From Clostridiales bacterium (GTDB lineage Bacteria > Bacillota > Clostridia > Lachnospirales > Lachnospiraceae), in the NCBI GenBank assembly GCA_012512995.1, contig JAAZDA010000177.1:1-34605 (forward strand): a DNA stretch of 34,605 nucleotides, given 5' to 3'. Positions 25,038-34,605 of the stretch are shown here, piece by piece (the stretch's first letter is position 1; each line of letters starts with the position of its first letter). Below the pieces are notes generated by a model that saw only the letters and a list, made by a program, of their open reading frames with translations, was not told the origin of the DNA and did not search any database. Made by a program: the position numbers and the translations under genes.

Positions 25038-26824
25038 TGGCGGATATCAAAACCAGGGACTCTGTAAAAGACATCAAGGTCCTGGATAAGGCAAACGTTG
25101 CCGGTGAGCGGATGAAGAAAGCCTTTATCCGCTCAAAGAATACGGCTGAAAACCTTATGGATGATGGCCAGGTATCGCCTTCGGAATACGCGGAGGACAA
25201 GGTACGCTACGCTGCGGAGGATGTGGTAAGTGATACCGGTCATGCCATCAAAAGAGAAACGGATAAGGCAGTGGACAAGGGCCGCGAGGCTTTCCGTGAG
25301 CACCGCAGAGAAAAGAAAATCGAAAGACAGGAACGGAGGGCTGATGAAGCCCTCCACCGTTTCTCTGAGGAAACGCAGCAAACACAGTCGGTTTATCAGA
25401 ACACCGCCCGTATGCGTCGTGGCGCTCAGGCAAGGAATACGACCATTAAAACTGCGGAACAGACCGAAAGGTCTACTAAGCAAACTGCAAAGTCTACCGG
25501 CAAGGCTACGGTGAAGACTGCGGAAACGTCGGTAAAAGCAACAGAGAAGACAATCAAAACCGCTGAAGCCACGTCCAAGGCGGCTGTGAAGACCGCTGAA
25601 GCCACTGCCAAGGCTGCCGAGAAAGCGGCTGAGGCAGCTGCGAAAACTGCGCAGAAGATGGCTGAGATGGCCAGACAGGCAGCTATCGCAGCTTATAAGG
25701 CGGCGGTCGCTGTCGGTAAAGCTGTTGCAGCGGCAGTTAAGGCAATTATCGCTGCGGTGAAAGAACTGATTGCTGCTATTGCTGCAGGCGGATGGGTTGC
25801 GGTTGTTGTAATCGTCGTTATCTGTTTGATAGGCCTTATTGTCGCGTCTTGCTTTGGAATCTTCTTTTCCAGCGAGGATAAAAACGACGGTTCTCAAACT
25901 ATGCGTGAAGTAGTCGTAGAGATTAACCAGGACTATCAGGATCAGCTTGATTCTATCAAGGCTAATAATCCTTATGATACTCTTGAAATGTCGGGATCTC
26001 GCGCCGTATGGCCGGAGGTTCTGTCTGTTTATGCAGTGAAGACTACCACAGATCCGGATAATCCACAGGAAGTTGCTTCGCTCAATGATGAGAAGAAACA
26101 GCTGTTGACGGATATCTTCTGGGAGATGAACGATATATCTTATCGGACTAAGACAGAAACTGAAACTGAGATCATAGAATCCGACGATGGACACGGCAAT
26201 ATTCTGGAGGAGACGGTTGAGGTTACTAAGACTACGCTTTACATCACGGTCAGCCACAAAACAGCAGACCAAATGGCAGATCAGTATCGCTTCAATGATG
26301 ATCAGGACTCGCAGCTGGAGGAACTGCTTGGTGTGGATAATTCCATGTGGCTAGCAGTGCTTTATGGCGTATACGGCTCTGACGATATAATTGTTCAGGT
26401 AGCACTGTCGCAGCTTGGTAACGTAGGCGGTGAACCCTACTGGTCCTGGTACGGATTCGGAAGCCGTGTTGAATGGTGCGCCTGCTTCGTCAGCTGGTGC
26501 GCAGATCAGTGCGGTTATATTGAAACCGGCGTCTGCCCGAAGTACGCAGGCTGCGTAAATGGCGTGGCATGGTTCCAGGAACGAGACCAGTGGCTCGACG
26601 GATCAGCGACTCCTTCGCCAGGCATGATCATCTTCTATGACTGGGACAGCCCGGACGGCGAATCTGGTCCTCAGGATGGTCTGTCAGATCACACGGGTAT
26701 CGTAGAGAAGGTAGAAAACGGTATCGTTTATACCGTGGAAGGCAACTCCGGTGATGCTTGCCGGCAGAGGCAGCGAGCTGTCGGAGATGACGAAATCCTG
26801 GAATACGGTGTACTTATCCCATAA
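25037..26824 (+). CDS. Conjugation cell-wall hydrolase, C-terminal CHAP domain (VirB1-like)
   Basis: [10 protein letters not shown] and DHTGIVE...TVEGNS; N-terminal K/T/A-rich helical region and a TM helix. Confidence 0.9.
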   Translation: MADIKTRDSVKDIKVLDKANVAGERMKKAFIRSKNTAENLMDDGQVSPSEYAEDKVRYAAEDVVSDTGHAIKRETDKAVDKGREAFREHRREKKIERQERRADEALHRFSEETQQTQSVYQNTARMRRGAQARNTTIKTAEQTERSTKQTAKSTGKATVKTAETSVKATEKTIKTAEATSKAAVKTAEATAKAAEKAAEAAAKTAQKMAEMARQAAIAAYKAAVAVGKAVAAAVKAIIAAVKELIAAIAAGGWVAVVVIVVICLIGLIVASCFGIFFSSEDKNDGSQTMREVVVEINQDYQDQLDSIKANNPYDTLEMSGSRAVWPEVLSVYAVKTTTDPDNPQEVASLNDEKKQLLTDIFWEMNDISYRTKTETETEIIESDDGHGNILEETVEVTKTTLYITVSHKTADQMADQYRFNDDQDSQLEELLGVDNSMWLAVLYGVYGSDDIIVQVALSQLGNVGGEPYWSWYGFGSRVEWCACFVSWCADQCGYIETGVCPKYAGCVNGVAWFQERDQWLDGSATPSPGMIIFYDWDSPDGESGPQDGLSDHTGIVEKVENGIVYTVEGNSGDACRQRQRAVGDDEILEYGVLIP

Positions 26825-26830
26825 TAATAT

Positions 26831-26883
26831 GCTCCGGCATCAGGCTCTGAGATGGGCTTGGTGCCGGAGCTTTTTCTTTTTTT
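26831..26883 (+). terminator. Strong intrinsic terminator ending the conjugation gene run
   Basis: 17-bp stem GCTCCGGCATCAGGCTC / GGGCTTGGTGCCGGAGC followed by TTTTTCTTTTTTT. Confidence 0.9.
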
Positions 26884-26935
26884 GTGGTTTTGGAGAGCAG
26901 GTGTTGTCAAATGACGACAGAGTACGCATAAACTT

Positions 26936-26985
26936 GTGAATATTCACGCTAAAATATTGACATTTTGCGAATATCGCGCTATAAT
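26936..26985 (+). promoter_or_regulatory. Consensus sigmaA promoter of the HTH-BREX operon with palindromic operator candidates
   Basis: TTGACA (26957-26962) - 17 nt - TATAAT (26980-26985); palindrome GTGAATATTCAC (26936-26947) and GCGA-ATA-TCGC (26967-26977). Confidence 0.85.
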
Positions 26986-27061
26986 ATAATTTGCTATATT
27001 ATAGGCTTACTGTAACCTTGTATAGTTTGTTCGTGATGATGCTATTTGGAGAGGACTTAAC

Positions 27062-27265
27062 ATGAAAATCAGCTATGAAAAACTTTGGAAGTTGGTTGTT
27101 GACAATAAAATGAAACGGCAGGATCTGGCCCGTGCTGCTGAAATCAGCGCGAATACAGTAACAAAGTTGGGCAAGAATGAAGCTGTTTCTTTGGACGTTC
27201 TTATGCGCATTTGCAAGGTCTTCCACTGTGATATTGGCGACATTATGGAAATAATCGAAGATTGA
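27062..27265 (+). CDS. Cro/C1-type (XRE, HTH_26-like) transcriptional regulator
   Basis: ISY.KLWKL..D..M...DL...A.IS..T..KLGKNE.VSLDVL.RIC....CDIGDIME. Confidence 0.92.
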   Translation: MKISYEKLWKLVVDNKMKRQDLARAAEISANTVTKLGKNEAVSLDVLMRICKVFHCDIGDIMEIIED

Positions 27266-27281
27266 GTATTGAGGTGAGCAC

Positions 27282-27881
27282 ATGACCTGTGATTATAACG
27301 GCGGATTGACGAGAGAACAATTCCTGTTTTTCGAAATCCGGATTGTTGCAAAGTTTATTTGTGATGGTTTACAGCGCGAGGAGATTCTGAAAAGACTGAC
27401 GGAAGAGAACCTGTTTCAATTTCCGACCGAGAGAATGATTTCTTCCATAGCAGCAACATGCTTTAAGCGAATTGACGCTCTCGAATCTGAATCATTAGTT
27501 TATCAGTTGGCTAATTCGCCTGTAGAGGTTGCAAAACAGATTAATCTATATGCCATGATGAAATACAACAAGATTGTGTGGGATTTCATGACAACTGTTA
27601 TAGGCGAAAAGTTTAGGACACAAGAGTTTGATTTCTCGAAAAAGGATCTAAACGTCTTCTTCTTTCGCTTGCAGGAACAGAATGATGCAGTTGCCTCATG
27701 GAGTGATTCTACTATTAGCAAGATAAAGCAGGTATTAACAAAGTCGCTTGTCGAGTGCGGATATTTGGATACTACAAGATCTACCCAATTGAACAATATA
27801 TCAATTGAGCCCGAACTGGAAGATGAAATCAGAGCATCCAGTGATTTTGCTGCACTTTCGGCTTTCAACTGTTTTAGATGA
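27282..27881 (+). CDS. brxA: BREX protein BrxA (DUF1819)
   Basis: 199 aa, ENLFQ and WSDSTI.K.KQ motifs; upstream of brxB/brxC. Confidence 0.88.
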   Translation: MTCDYNGGLTREQFLFFEIRIVAKFICDGLQREEILKRLTEENLFQFPTERMISSIAATCFKRIDALESESLVYQLANSPVEVAKQINLYAMMKYNKIVWDFMTTVIGEKFRTQEFDFSKKDLNVFFFRLQEQNDAVASWSDSTISKIKQVLTKSLVECGYLDTTRSTQLNNISIEPELEDEIRASSDFAALSAFNCFR

Positions 27882-27891
27882 GGAGTAGCTT

Positions 27892-28449
27892 ATGGATAAT
27901 ATTATGACCAATCTTAATAAAGTCTCGGCAAGACTGTCTGAAGAAGCATTCCTCAGCAATAAAGGCTTATCCAACGAGGTTGGAATTCACGTTTTCTGTT
28001 ATGATCCGGCGGATGAGTTGACTGTCAGGGCATACTTTGAAAACTTAAAAAACCAGACTGATAAACCCTATCGCCTAATAGAATGTGACCTATATAAGAT
28101 ATTCCTCGAAATTTGTGAAGAGAAGAGAATCTTGAAAAGCATTCCCAATATGGAAGAACGCAAAGGCAAAGAGTACCTGTCAGAGCAGATTCAAAAGATC
28201 GCTACTCCGGAGGCATTCGTAGAAAAGATGAAGTACGAGCCTCGTAAACACGGTGATGTTCTTATGATTACCGGAGTTGGAAAAGTTTATCCCTTCATGA
28301 GATCGCACAAAATCTTGGATAACATTCAACATATCTTTGCAGACATTCCTGTTTTGATGTTGTATCCGGGAACTTTCAATGGGCAGGACCTTGGCCTATT
28401 TGGAAAGTTTTTGGACGGTCATTATTACAGAGCATTCAACTTGCTGTAA
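27892..28449 (+). CDS. brxB: BREX protein BrxB (DUF1788)
   Basis: GLSNEVG..VF.YDP, TGVGKVYPFMRSH, LYPG.F.GQ.L.LF, YYRAF. Confidence 0.93.
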   Translation: MDNIMTNLNKVSARLSEEAFLSNKGLSNEVGIHVFCYDPADELTVRAYFENLKNQTDKPYRLIECDLYKIFLEICEEKRILKSIPNMEERKGKEYLSEQIQKIATPEAFVEKMKYEPRKHGDVLMITGVGKVYPFMRSHKILDNIQHIFADIPVLMLYPGTFNGQDLGLFGKFLDGHYYRAFNLL

Positions 28450-28467
28450 AACTGGGAGGGTCAAAAA

Positions 28468-31400
28468 ATGCAATTACAGTACATTTATAAATCAGATATC
28501 AATCGTGACATAAACGGCGTTATCAAGGTTGCCCAGAATGATGAAAAGAGCATCGAGCAGGAATTGCGTGAGTACATCATTACCAGAGAACTGAGAAAGC
28601 ATTTTAACACGTTCTTTAATAATTATGAGAAGTCTTTGAGTTATCCTACTGACAAAATCGGAGTATGGATTTCCGGCTTCTTTGGAAGTGGTAAATCTCA
28701 CTTCTTGAAGATCCTTTCTTATTTGCTTTCCAACGATACCGTTGCAGGCAAACCTGCTGTTGAGTATTTCACGGATAAGTTTGATGATCCTATGATGTTT
28801 GCTCAGTTGGAACGCTGCGCAAAGGTTCCTACGGATACAATCCTTTTCAATATCGATTCCAAAAGTCCTATCAATAAAGATAAGACTGCTATTCTGCGCG
28901 TCTTTGCAAAGGTTTTCTATGAGTATCGTGGCTTCTATGGTGACGATCTTAAGGTTGCAAGGCTTGAGCAGTTTATCGACAAGTCCGGAAAGACCGCCGA
29001 CTTCAAAGCTAAATTTGCTGAAGTCAACGGTGATGAATGGGAAAATGTGCGTGATGCCTTTGCTTTCTTTGAAGACGATCTTGTTGCGACCCTCGTCGAA
29101 ACGCTCGGTATGAGTGAAACAGCGGCCCGCAACTGGTTTAACGGAACCGAAACTGCTGATATGTCTATCGAGCAGCTCGTGAAAGAAATCAAAGAATATA
29201 TTGACTCCAAGGGGAAAAGCTTCCGCTTGATGTTTATGATTGACGAGGTCGGTCAGTACATCGGCTCTGATGGCAGCCTTATGCTTAACCTTCAGACCAT
29301 CGTTGAAGAAATCGGCTCCAAGTGCGATGGACGTGTTTGGGTTATGGTTACAAGTCAGGAAGCCATCGACTCTATTACGAAAATCAGCGGTGATGATTTC
29401 TCAAAAATTCAGGGACGCTTTAACACTCGTCTGAGCCTGTCTTCTTCTTCAGTAGATGAAGTTATCAAAAAGCGTATTCTTGCCAAAACGGAGACAGCTG
29501 AACAGATGCTTCTTATGAGTTACGGCAAAAACAGTGCTGTACTGAAGAACCTCTTTACTTTCAATGATGCTGTGCTGGACCTCAAAGGATATTCCGGTGA
29601 ATATGACTTTGTTGAGACATATCCGTTTGTTCCGTATCAGTTCAGATTGATGCAGAATGTTCTTGCTCAGATCCGTAAACACGGTAATTCCGGAAAGCAT
29701 CTTTCCGGCGGCGAACGTTCGATGCTTTCCGGCTTTCAGGAGGCCGCACAGGCTATTGAAAACAAAGACGAGAATGCACTTGTTCCGTTCAGCCTCTTCT
29801 ATAATACCGTTCATACATTCCTCGAAAGTGCTATTCGTCGGGTAATCGACCGTTGTCAGACTGCTGCAGATAGCCACGACGGAATTGAGCAGTACGATGT
29901 CAGCATCTTAAAGCTTTTGTATTTGATCCGCTATGTTGATGATATCAAGGCCAATGTAGATAACATCACAACATTGATGGTGGACGATATCCGTGCTGAC
30001 AAGATCAACATGCGCAAGTCTATTCAGGAATCTCTGGACCGTTTGGTTTCACAGAACTACATCGCGAGAAACGGAGACACCTATACATTCCTGACCGATG
30101 ACGAGCAGGATATTGAAAGAGATATCCGCAATACTCCTGTAGACAGCGCTACTATTGTTCAATCTATATCTCAGATTATCTTCGGGGATCTGTATGTCAG
30201 CAAGAAATTCAAATACGGGAAATATGACTTCCCGTATGATCAGATCATCGACGAGACCACGATTGGCCAGCTGACCGGCGCGGTTCGTCTGCGCATTCTG
30301 ACAGTTGCATCCGACCTGTATAATGCAGGCGATCAGGCTCTGTTGATGCGCTCCAATGTGGATAACGAGGCAATTCTTGTGCTCTCTGATAAGTATCCTT
30401 ATTTTGATGATCTGGAGAGCGCTGCAAAGATCCGTAAGTATGTAAAGAGCCGTAACGTTGCCCAGTTGCCGGAAGCAATCCAGCATATTATCCGTGGAAA
30501 GCAGCAACAGGCCTCTGCGTACGAAAAGACTGCCAAAGAGCATATTTCCGCTGCTATTCTCGAAGCTAATGTATATGTGTCGGGTGAGACAAGTTCTATC
30601 AAGACTTCTTCTGTGAAGGATAAGATTGAAACGGCACTGTCCAGTCTGGTTGAAAGTGTTTATTCCAAGCTCGGTTATATCAAACATAACTTCGATAATG
30701 ATAATGAACTGCTGCAGATTCTCTCAAATCAGAATAAGCAGATGACCATTGGCGGCGGCATTGCCGTTTATAATCCTGAAGCAGTAGATGAGGTTGAACA
30801 GTTCCTTGAACTGCAGGGGATGAAAATGCTTCCTACATCTATGGGGGATATCCAGCGCCGTTTCTCTGCTATTCCGTACGGCTGGCGCGAAATCGATATT
30901 GCATCTGTGGTTTGCTCGCTGATTTCGATTCAGAAAGTTGCATTGCAGTACAGTGGCAGCATGATTCAGCCCACTGACAAGCACATCCCGGATTATCTGA
31001 GAAGAAAAACGGAAATCGACAAGACTCTGGTTGCTCGCAGAACAGCTATTTCCGATTCTTTGATGAAGAAATCCCGCGAGTTCTTAAAAGAATACTTCAA
31101 TACAATGGATCTGCCTTCCGATGAAGACAGTCTGATTTCCTATGTCCTTGATAGTTTTACAGCAGAAAGAGATAAACTGCAAAGCCTGTTGGATAATCAG
31201 TATGCATCCGGTACCTATCCGGATAAGGCTGTTGTTGAAAACGGAGTCAAGCTTTGCACGGATCTGCTTTCTCAGAAGAAGGATAATACGGCACTGCTTA
31301 CCAAAATGGTCGCTATGGAAGACGAATTCCTCGATTTGAGTGAAGACATGGCCGATGTCCTTGCCTTCTTCAAAAATCAGAAAACCATTTTTGACAGTGC

Positions 31401-31953
31401 TTCTGATCTTCTTTACACGCTTACTGCCGAGTCAGAATATCTGCAGGCCGAACAGGAAGCTACAAGAGCTCTTGCTCAGATTAAGAATATCCTTGCTATG
31501 CAAAAGCCGTATAAGAACATCGCTGATTTACCTACGCTGATGCAGCAGGTGCAGATGGTATACGGGCAGCTTCTTGACCTCAAGAAACAGGACGTATATG
31601 CAGAGATCCAGGGTGCTATGGGAGAAATCCACCAGACCGCTCAGTATGATCAGAAGGATATTGTCGCCAAAGCAGATGATGCTCTTGGCACAAAGAAAAA
31701 AGCTGCCGCAGACGCCACGACATTGACCCAACTGGATGCTATGAAGATTCAAATTGCAAGCATTCGCCAGCAATATATTAAGGCGCTTATGGTTCCTGCA
31801 AAGCCTGATGAAAAGGCAGCCACAGCTTCCAGAAGCAGCCTCGGTTATAGCATCAAGCTTAAAAGTGAAGACGACGTTGATAAGTATGTTGCGGACATTA
31901 AAGAAAAGCTTATGGAAATGCTCGACGGCAACGATGTGCTGCATATCATCTAA
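28468..31953 (+). CDS. brxC: BREX P-loop ATPase BrxC
   Basis: DINRDINGVIKV, WISGFFGSGKSHFLK (Walker A), IDEVGQYI, FSKIQGRF, YPFVPYQF, GERSML. Confidence 0.96.
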   Translation: MQLQYIYKSDINRDINGVIKVAQNDEKSIEQELREYIITRELRKHFNTFFNNYEKSLSYPTDKIGVWISGFFGSGKSHFLKILSYLLSNDTVAGKPAVEYFTDKFDDPMMFAQLERCAKVPTDTILFNIDSKSPINKDKTAILRVFAKVFYEYRGFYGDDLKVARLEQFIDKSGKTADFKAKFAEVNGDEWENVRDAFAFFEDDLVATLVETLGMSETAARNWFNGTETADMSIEQLVKEIKEYIDSKGKSFRLMFMIDEVGQYIGSDGSLMLNLQTIVEEIGSKCDGRVWVMVTSQEAIDSITKISGDDFSKIQGRFNTRLSLSSSSVDEVIKKRILAKTETAEQMLLMSYGKNSAVLKNLFTFNDAVLDLKGYSGEYDFVETYPFVPYQFRLMQNVLAQIRKHGNSGKHLSGGERSMLSGFQEAAQAIENKDENALVPFSLFYNTVHTFLESAIRRVIDRCQTAADSHDGIEQYDVSILKLLYLIRYVDDIKANVDNITTLMVDDIRADKINMRKSIQESLDRLVSQNYIARNGDTYTFLTDDEQDIERDIRNTPVDSATIVQSISQIIFGDLYVSKKFKYGKYDFPYDQIIDETTIGQLTGAVRLRILTVASDLYNAGDQALLMRSNVDNEAILVLSDKYPYFDDLESAAKIRKYVKSRNVAQLPEAIQHIIRGKQQQASAYEKTAKEHISAAILEANVYVSGETSSIKTSSVKDKIETALSSLVESVYSKLGYIKHNFDNDNELLQILSNQNKQMTIGGGIAVYNPEAVDEVEQFLELQGMKMLPTSMGDIQRRFSAIPYGWREIDIASVVCSLISIQKVALQYSGSMIQPTDKHIPDYLRRKTEIDKTLVARRTAISDSLMKKSREFLKEYFNTMDLPSDEDSLISYVLDSFTAERDKLQSLLDNQYASGTYPDKAVVENGVKLCTDLLSQKKDNTALLTKMVAMEDEFLDLSEDMADVLAFFKNQKTIFDSASDLLYTLTAESEYLQAEQEATRALAQIKNILAMQKPYKNIADLPTLMQQVQMVYGQLLDLKKQDVYAEIQGAMGEIHQTAQYDQKDIVAKADDALGTKKKAAADATTLTQLDAMKIQIASIRQQYIKALMVPAKPDEKAATASRSSLGYSIKLKSEDDVDKYVADIKEKLMEMLDGNDVLHII

Positions 31954-31974
31954 TAAATAAACAGGAGGACGGAC

Positions 31975-33444
31975 ATGAACTTTGATTTTCTGAAAGAGCT
32001 TAGAGGACTTGGGCATGTTTACGAGAATTGCAATAATGCAGAAAAGCTTGCAATGACAATGCCGGTTCAGAGCGTTTTTACCTCTCGTAAAAGCGCAGAA
32101 TTACTTGCAAAATTTATTTATATGGCCGCTCATAATCAGGAAATGGAAGAATTGACATTTGCAGATATTCTCTCTGACATGACCGTCCGTAAGTTTATTA
32201 ACTCCAGAGATGTCATGGACGCTTTTCACTATATCAGAAAAAACGGTAATAGAGCGGTTCATAGTGATGATGAGAATACCGCGGAAGATGCAGTAGCTGT
32301 TCTTCAGGATCTTCATTATATTGCAGGTGAAACCGCTTCCATGCTTGGCCTAATTCACAATTATCCATCGTTTGATGATAGAATTGCTTCCTTCCCGGAA
32401 GCCAAGTTTGTCGATGAAGAAGATATTGATAAAAAGGCACGAGCAATGGTTCTTGCATATATTGCGGAGTTCAACGCTCAAGAGGAACGCGACAAATACA
32501 TTGAGACGAAGGACTACGATTGGGTTACTTATTCAATTGAGGGAAATGTTGAGATGCACGAGTACCTTGAATTTAAGTACAAGCCAAAGCAAGTTGAGAT
32601 AATTGAATATCTTCAGACCTACCTTGCTACGTTAATTCGTTTTTCAATTGAGCGCTCACCGGAAAATGCTGAAGAACTGGAATTGTCGTATCCGGTTACT
32701 CTTGATGCGAAGCTTATCATCGGAGGCACAATATATTCTTCTGAAAACATGGAATCTTTTATATTAGCAATTGTTGATGAACTCCCAAAAGCAAACGGAT
32801 TTATCATAGACTGCACATGTACCGGTAACCTTCGTGAGTATTTCAATGATGAACCAAATGAAAACGGCGATGAACGTTTGAATATGATTCGAAAAGATGC
32901 TGTTTGGACTGGCGCTGGAATGCTCGATACATTAGAACAGTTTAAACGTCGCAATGTATTTGAGTACAAACTTGCTATTTTTTATCCTGACAGTGGCGAA
33001 TCCAAGTACAAAAAAATACATAACGGAAAAGAAATAGATGTAATTTCATCCTGCACCGAAGAAATTGTGGATCATGTTTTCGATGAAGAATGGTGGTCTT
33101 GGAGCTTAAATTTATGTGCCGAATTTGATATTAATAAACATCATGATGAACTGATGAAACTACAGAGTATTGTCAGAGACAATATCCCTGAAAGCCAAGT
33201 TTCTTTTTGTGAAGATGCTTGGGAAGATGGCGATTTCCATATTTTTTGCAACGGCATTCAGTGGAACTGCAAATGTTTGCGAGAGATTCAAAATTTTCTT
33301 GATAAAATAAACGAAGTCTTCTTGCCGATTAAGGATGATGTTGATGCCGTATGCGATGGAACTTGGGAGATAAAAAACCGTTTTGCAGTTGCTACGTGGG
33401 AGTGGACAAAACAAGGGTTTAAGGTAAAGGGGACCTGCTTTTAA
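31975..33444 (+). CDS. DUF4145 (HEPN-like) N-terminal domain protein with unknown acidic C-terminal region
   Basis: MNFDFL...AE......RKSAELLAK.IY and IRKNGNRAVH, as at the N-terminus of some type I HsdR subunits; no helicase motifs follow. Confidence 0.75.
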   Translation: MNFDFLKELRGLGHVYENCNNAEKLAMTMPVQSVFTSRKSAELLAKFIYMAAHNQEMEELTFADILSDMTVRKFINSRDVMDAFHYIRKNGNRAVHSDDENTAEDAVAVLQDLHYIAGETASMLGLIHNYPSFDDRIASFPEAKFVDEEDIDKKARAMVLAYIAEFNAQEERDKYIETKDYDWVTYSIEGNVEMHEYLEFKYKPKQVEIIEYLQTYLATLIRFSIERSPENAEELELSYPVTLDAKLIIGGTIYSSENMESFILAIVDELPKANGFIIDCTCTGNLREYFNDEPNENGDERLNMIRKDAVWTGAGMLDTLEQFKRRNVFEYKLAIFYPDSGESKYKKIHNGKEIDVISSCTEEIVDHVFDEEWWSWSLNLCAEFDINKHHDELMKLQSIVRDNIPESQVSFCEDAWEDGDFHIFCNGIQWNCKCLREIQNFLDKINEVFLPIKDDVDAVCDGTWEIKNRFAVATWEWTKQGFKVKGTCF

Positions 33445-33464
33445 GCGTGAAATGAGGATGGAGT

Positions 33465-33971
33465 ATGGCAAAGAAAAAGGATTATCGCGAATTACTAAAA
33501 ACACCTTTTGATACTGGAATTCGTAACTTCGCAGAAGTCGCAAAGTACTTCTTATATTATACTCCATCTATTGATAGCGCTCATTCTTCAGGGCCAATTC
33601 CCGATAACAGAGCTACTGAATTGCTTGCTGAGATGCTGGACAGCACTGGGTTAGCTGGAAATACGAGATTTCTAAAAAGAATCCTTCAGGCATCGTGGAA
33701 AAATTCCGAACTGGACGAATATGTTATCGACTTTGAGAAATCGAGAATGCTGTGTGATATGTACAATAATGAAAATGAACTTCACGCACTATTAAGACAT
33801 ATTAGGAATTCCCTTGCACATGGATATGTTTACGTTTGGAAAAAGAAAAAGGGTAACTTTATCATGCTGGTTGATTATGACGCAGGTAAGCATAAACCAA
33901 CAGCAAAAATTTTGATAACATCAACAATCCTAGAGCAATGGAAGGCTATTTTGGAAAACGAAATAGTATAA
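33465..33971 (+). CDS. Small HEPN-like protein (RxxxxH motif)
   Basis: LLRHIRNSLAHG: R-N-S-L-A-H at 33804-33821, followed by beta strands. Confidence 0.65.
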   Translation: MAKKKDYRELLKTPFDTGIRNFAEVAKYFLYYTPSIDSAHSSGPIPDNRATELLAEMLDSTGLAGNTRFLKRILQASWKNSELDEYVIDFEKSRMLCDMYNNENELHALLRHIRNSLAHGYVYVWKKKKGNFIMLVDYDAGKHKPTAKILITSTILEQWKAILENEIV

Positions 33972-33983
33972 AGGAGAACATCC

Positions 33984-34605
33984 ATGAATAAAACAGCCAT
34001 AAAAAACTTTGCTATCTGGGTACGAGTTCAGTTGATTGAATCCGCTAAGCAGAGAGCATTCGAATATGAAATCACAGAGAACGGTGAGAATAGTGTCAAT
34101 ATAGAAAGCATTGGCGGTCGTTTGCTGTCCAAAGACGAAAAAGAACAACGCGGGCAATTGATTGCTAAGATCCATCAAAAAGGCTACACCCAGGTAATGG
34201 AAGAAGCCGCCTACACCTGGTTTAACCGTTTTATTGCACTCCGATTCATGGAGGTCAATGGCTATCTTCCTTCAAAGATTCGTGTATTTACTGATGAAAA
34301 TGGTACGTTCAAACCTGATATCCTGAAGCAGGCTATGTCTGTTGAATTAGATGGACTGGACAGAAAAAAAGTCCTGAAGCTTCTTGATGCGCAGGCTAAT
34401 GAGGAGCTTTACAAGTATCTCCTCATCACCCAGTGTAACGCACTGAACGCCGCCCTACCGGAGATGTTCGAGAAGCTCGGCAGCTATACCGAAATGCTTC
34501 TGCCCAACAATATTCTAAAGCCAGATAGTGTTCTTGGGCGGCTTGTGACGGATATACCAGAAGAAGATTGGAAAGACGCGGTGCAGATCATCGGGTGGAT
34601 GTATC
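33984..34605 (+). CDS. pglX: BREX-1 adenine methyltransferase PglX (5' part, runs off the window)
   Basis: Not in the ORF track: MNKTAIKNFAIW..., EEAAYTWFNRFIALRFMEVNGYLP, QCNALN..LPEMFE, VQIIGWMY; SD AAGGAG. Confidence 0.95.
   Translation, partial: MNKTAIKNFAIWVRVQLIESAKQRAFEYEITENGENSVNIESIGGRLLSKDEKEQRGQLIAKIHQKGYTQVMEEAAYTWFNRFIALRFMEVNGYLPSKIRVFTDENGTFKPDILKQAMSVELDGLDRKKVLKLLDAQANEELYKYLLITQCNALNAALPEMFEKLGSYTEMLLPNNILKPDSVLGRLVTDIPEEDWKDAVQIIGWMY

Larger units (their letters stand above)
141..34605 (+). mobile_element. Integrative conjugative element (Firmicutes; MobC + relaxase, VirD4/VirB4 T4SS) with adjacent BREX defence cargo; ends uncertain, no integrase in window
   Basis: Conjugation gene set (mobC, relaxase, pcfB, virD4, virB2-like, virB6-like, prgI, virB4, CHAP hydrolase) plus parAB, ArdC-like and primase-like genes, all co-oriented. 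The left boundary and inclusion of BREX are inferred. Confidence 0.85.

Noticed and set aside
25440-25790. Imperfect repeats (AAGACTGCGGAA / AAGACCGCTGAA; KTAE)
   Set aside because: Protein-level helical repeats inside a CDS, not a CRISPR array or DNA repeat element.
25133-26272. 379-aa minus-strand ORF with S/R/L repeats
   Set aside because: Reverse reading of the Ala/Lys/Thr-rich region of the CHAP protein.
1-34605. CRISPR array, tRNA/rRNA, IS transposase, reverse transcriptase/group II intron, integrase
   Set aside because: No regularly spaced repeats, cloverleaf, or DDE, RT or recombinase motifs were seen by eye; intergenic gaps other than the leader are too short.

Overview
The window holds most of a Firmicutes (Clostridiales-like) integrative conjugative element with every credible gene on the + strand. 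From the left: a possible truncated host gene and element junction (~1-210), tandem terminators and a structured non-coding leader (~260-815), parA/parB, a lipoprotein and a 1406-aa sortase-anchored thioester/CnaB adhesin. A string of small 'leading-region'-type genes follows (DUF4314, DpnD/PcfM-like, Zn-ribbon-wHTH, DUF4313 fusion, ArdC-like, DUF3848, DUF3991/Toprim, YodL-DUF3846). Next come an oriT-like site, mobC, relaxase, pcfB, VirD4, VirB2/VirB6/PrgI/VirB4-like T4SS genes, a class B sortase and a CHAP hydrolase ending at a strong terminator (~26.88 kb). Downstream is a type 1 BREX locus (HTH, brxA, brxB, brxC, pglX partial) with two HEPN-like genes between brxC and pglX. The most striking unexplained signals are: (1) about 11 unrelated ICE proteins share a C-terminal basic...[E/A]R tail, in one pair with near-identical peptide but different codons, a candidate T4SS protein-export tag; (2) an rrn boxA-like site plus a ~250-nt multi-stem RNA at the head of a ~26-kb unidirectional gene run, a candidate antitermination system; (3) the HEPN pair and a controller-like HTH in the BREX locus. 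Family names come from recalled motifs and synteny, not from database searches.
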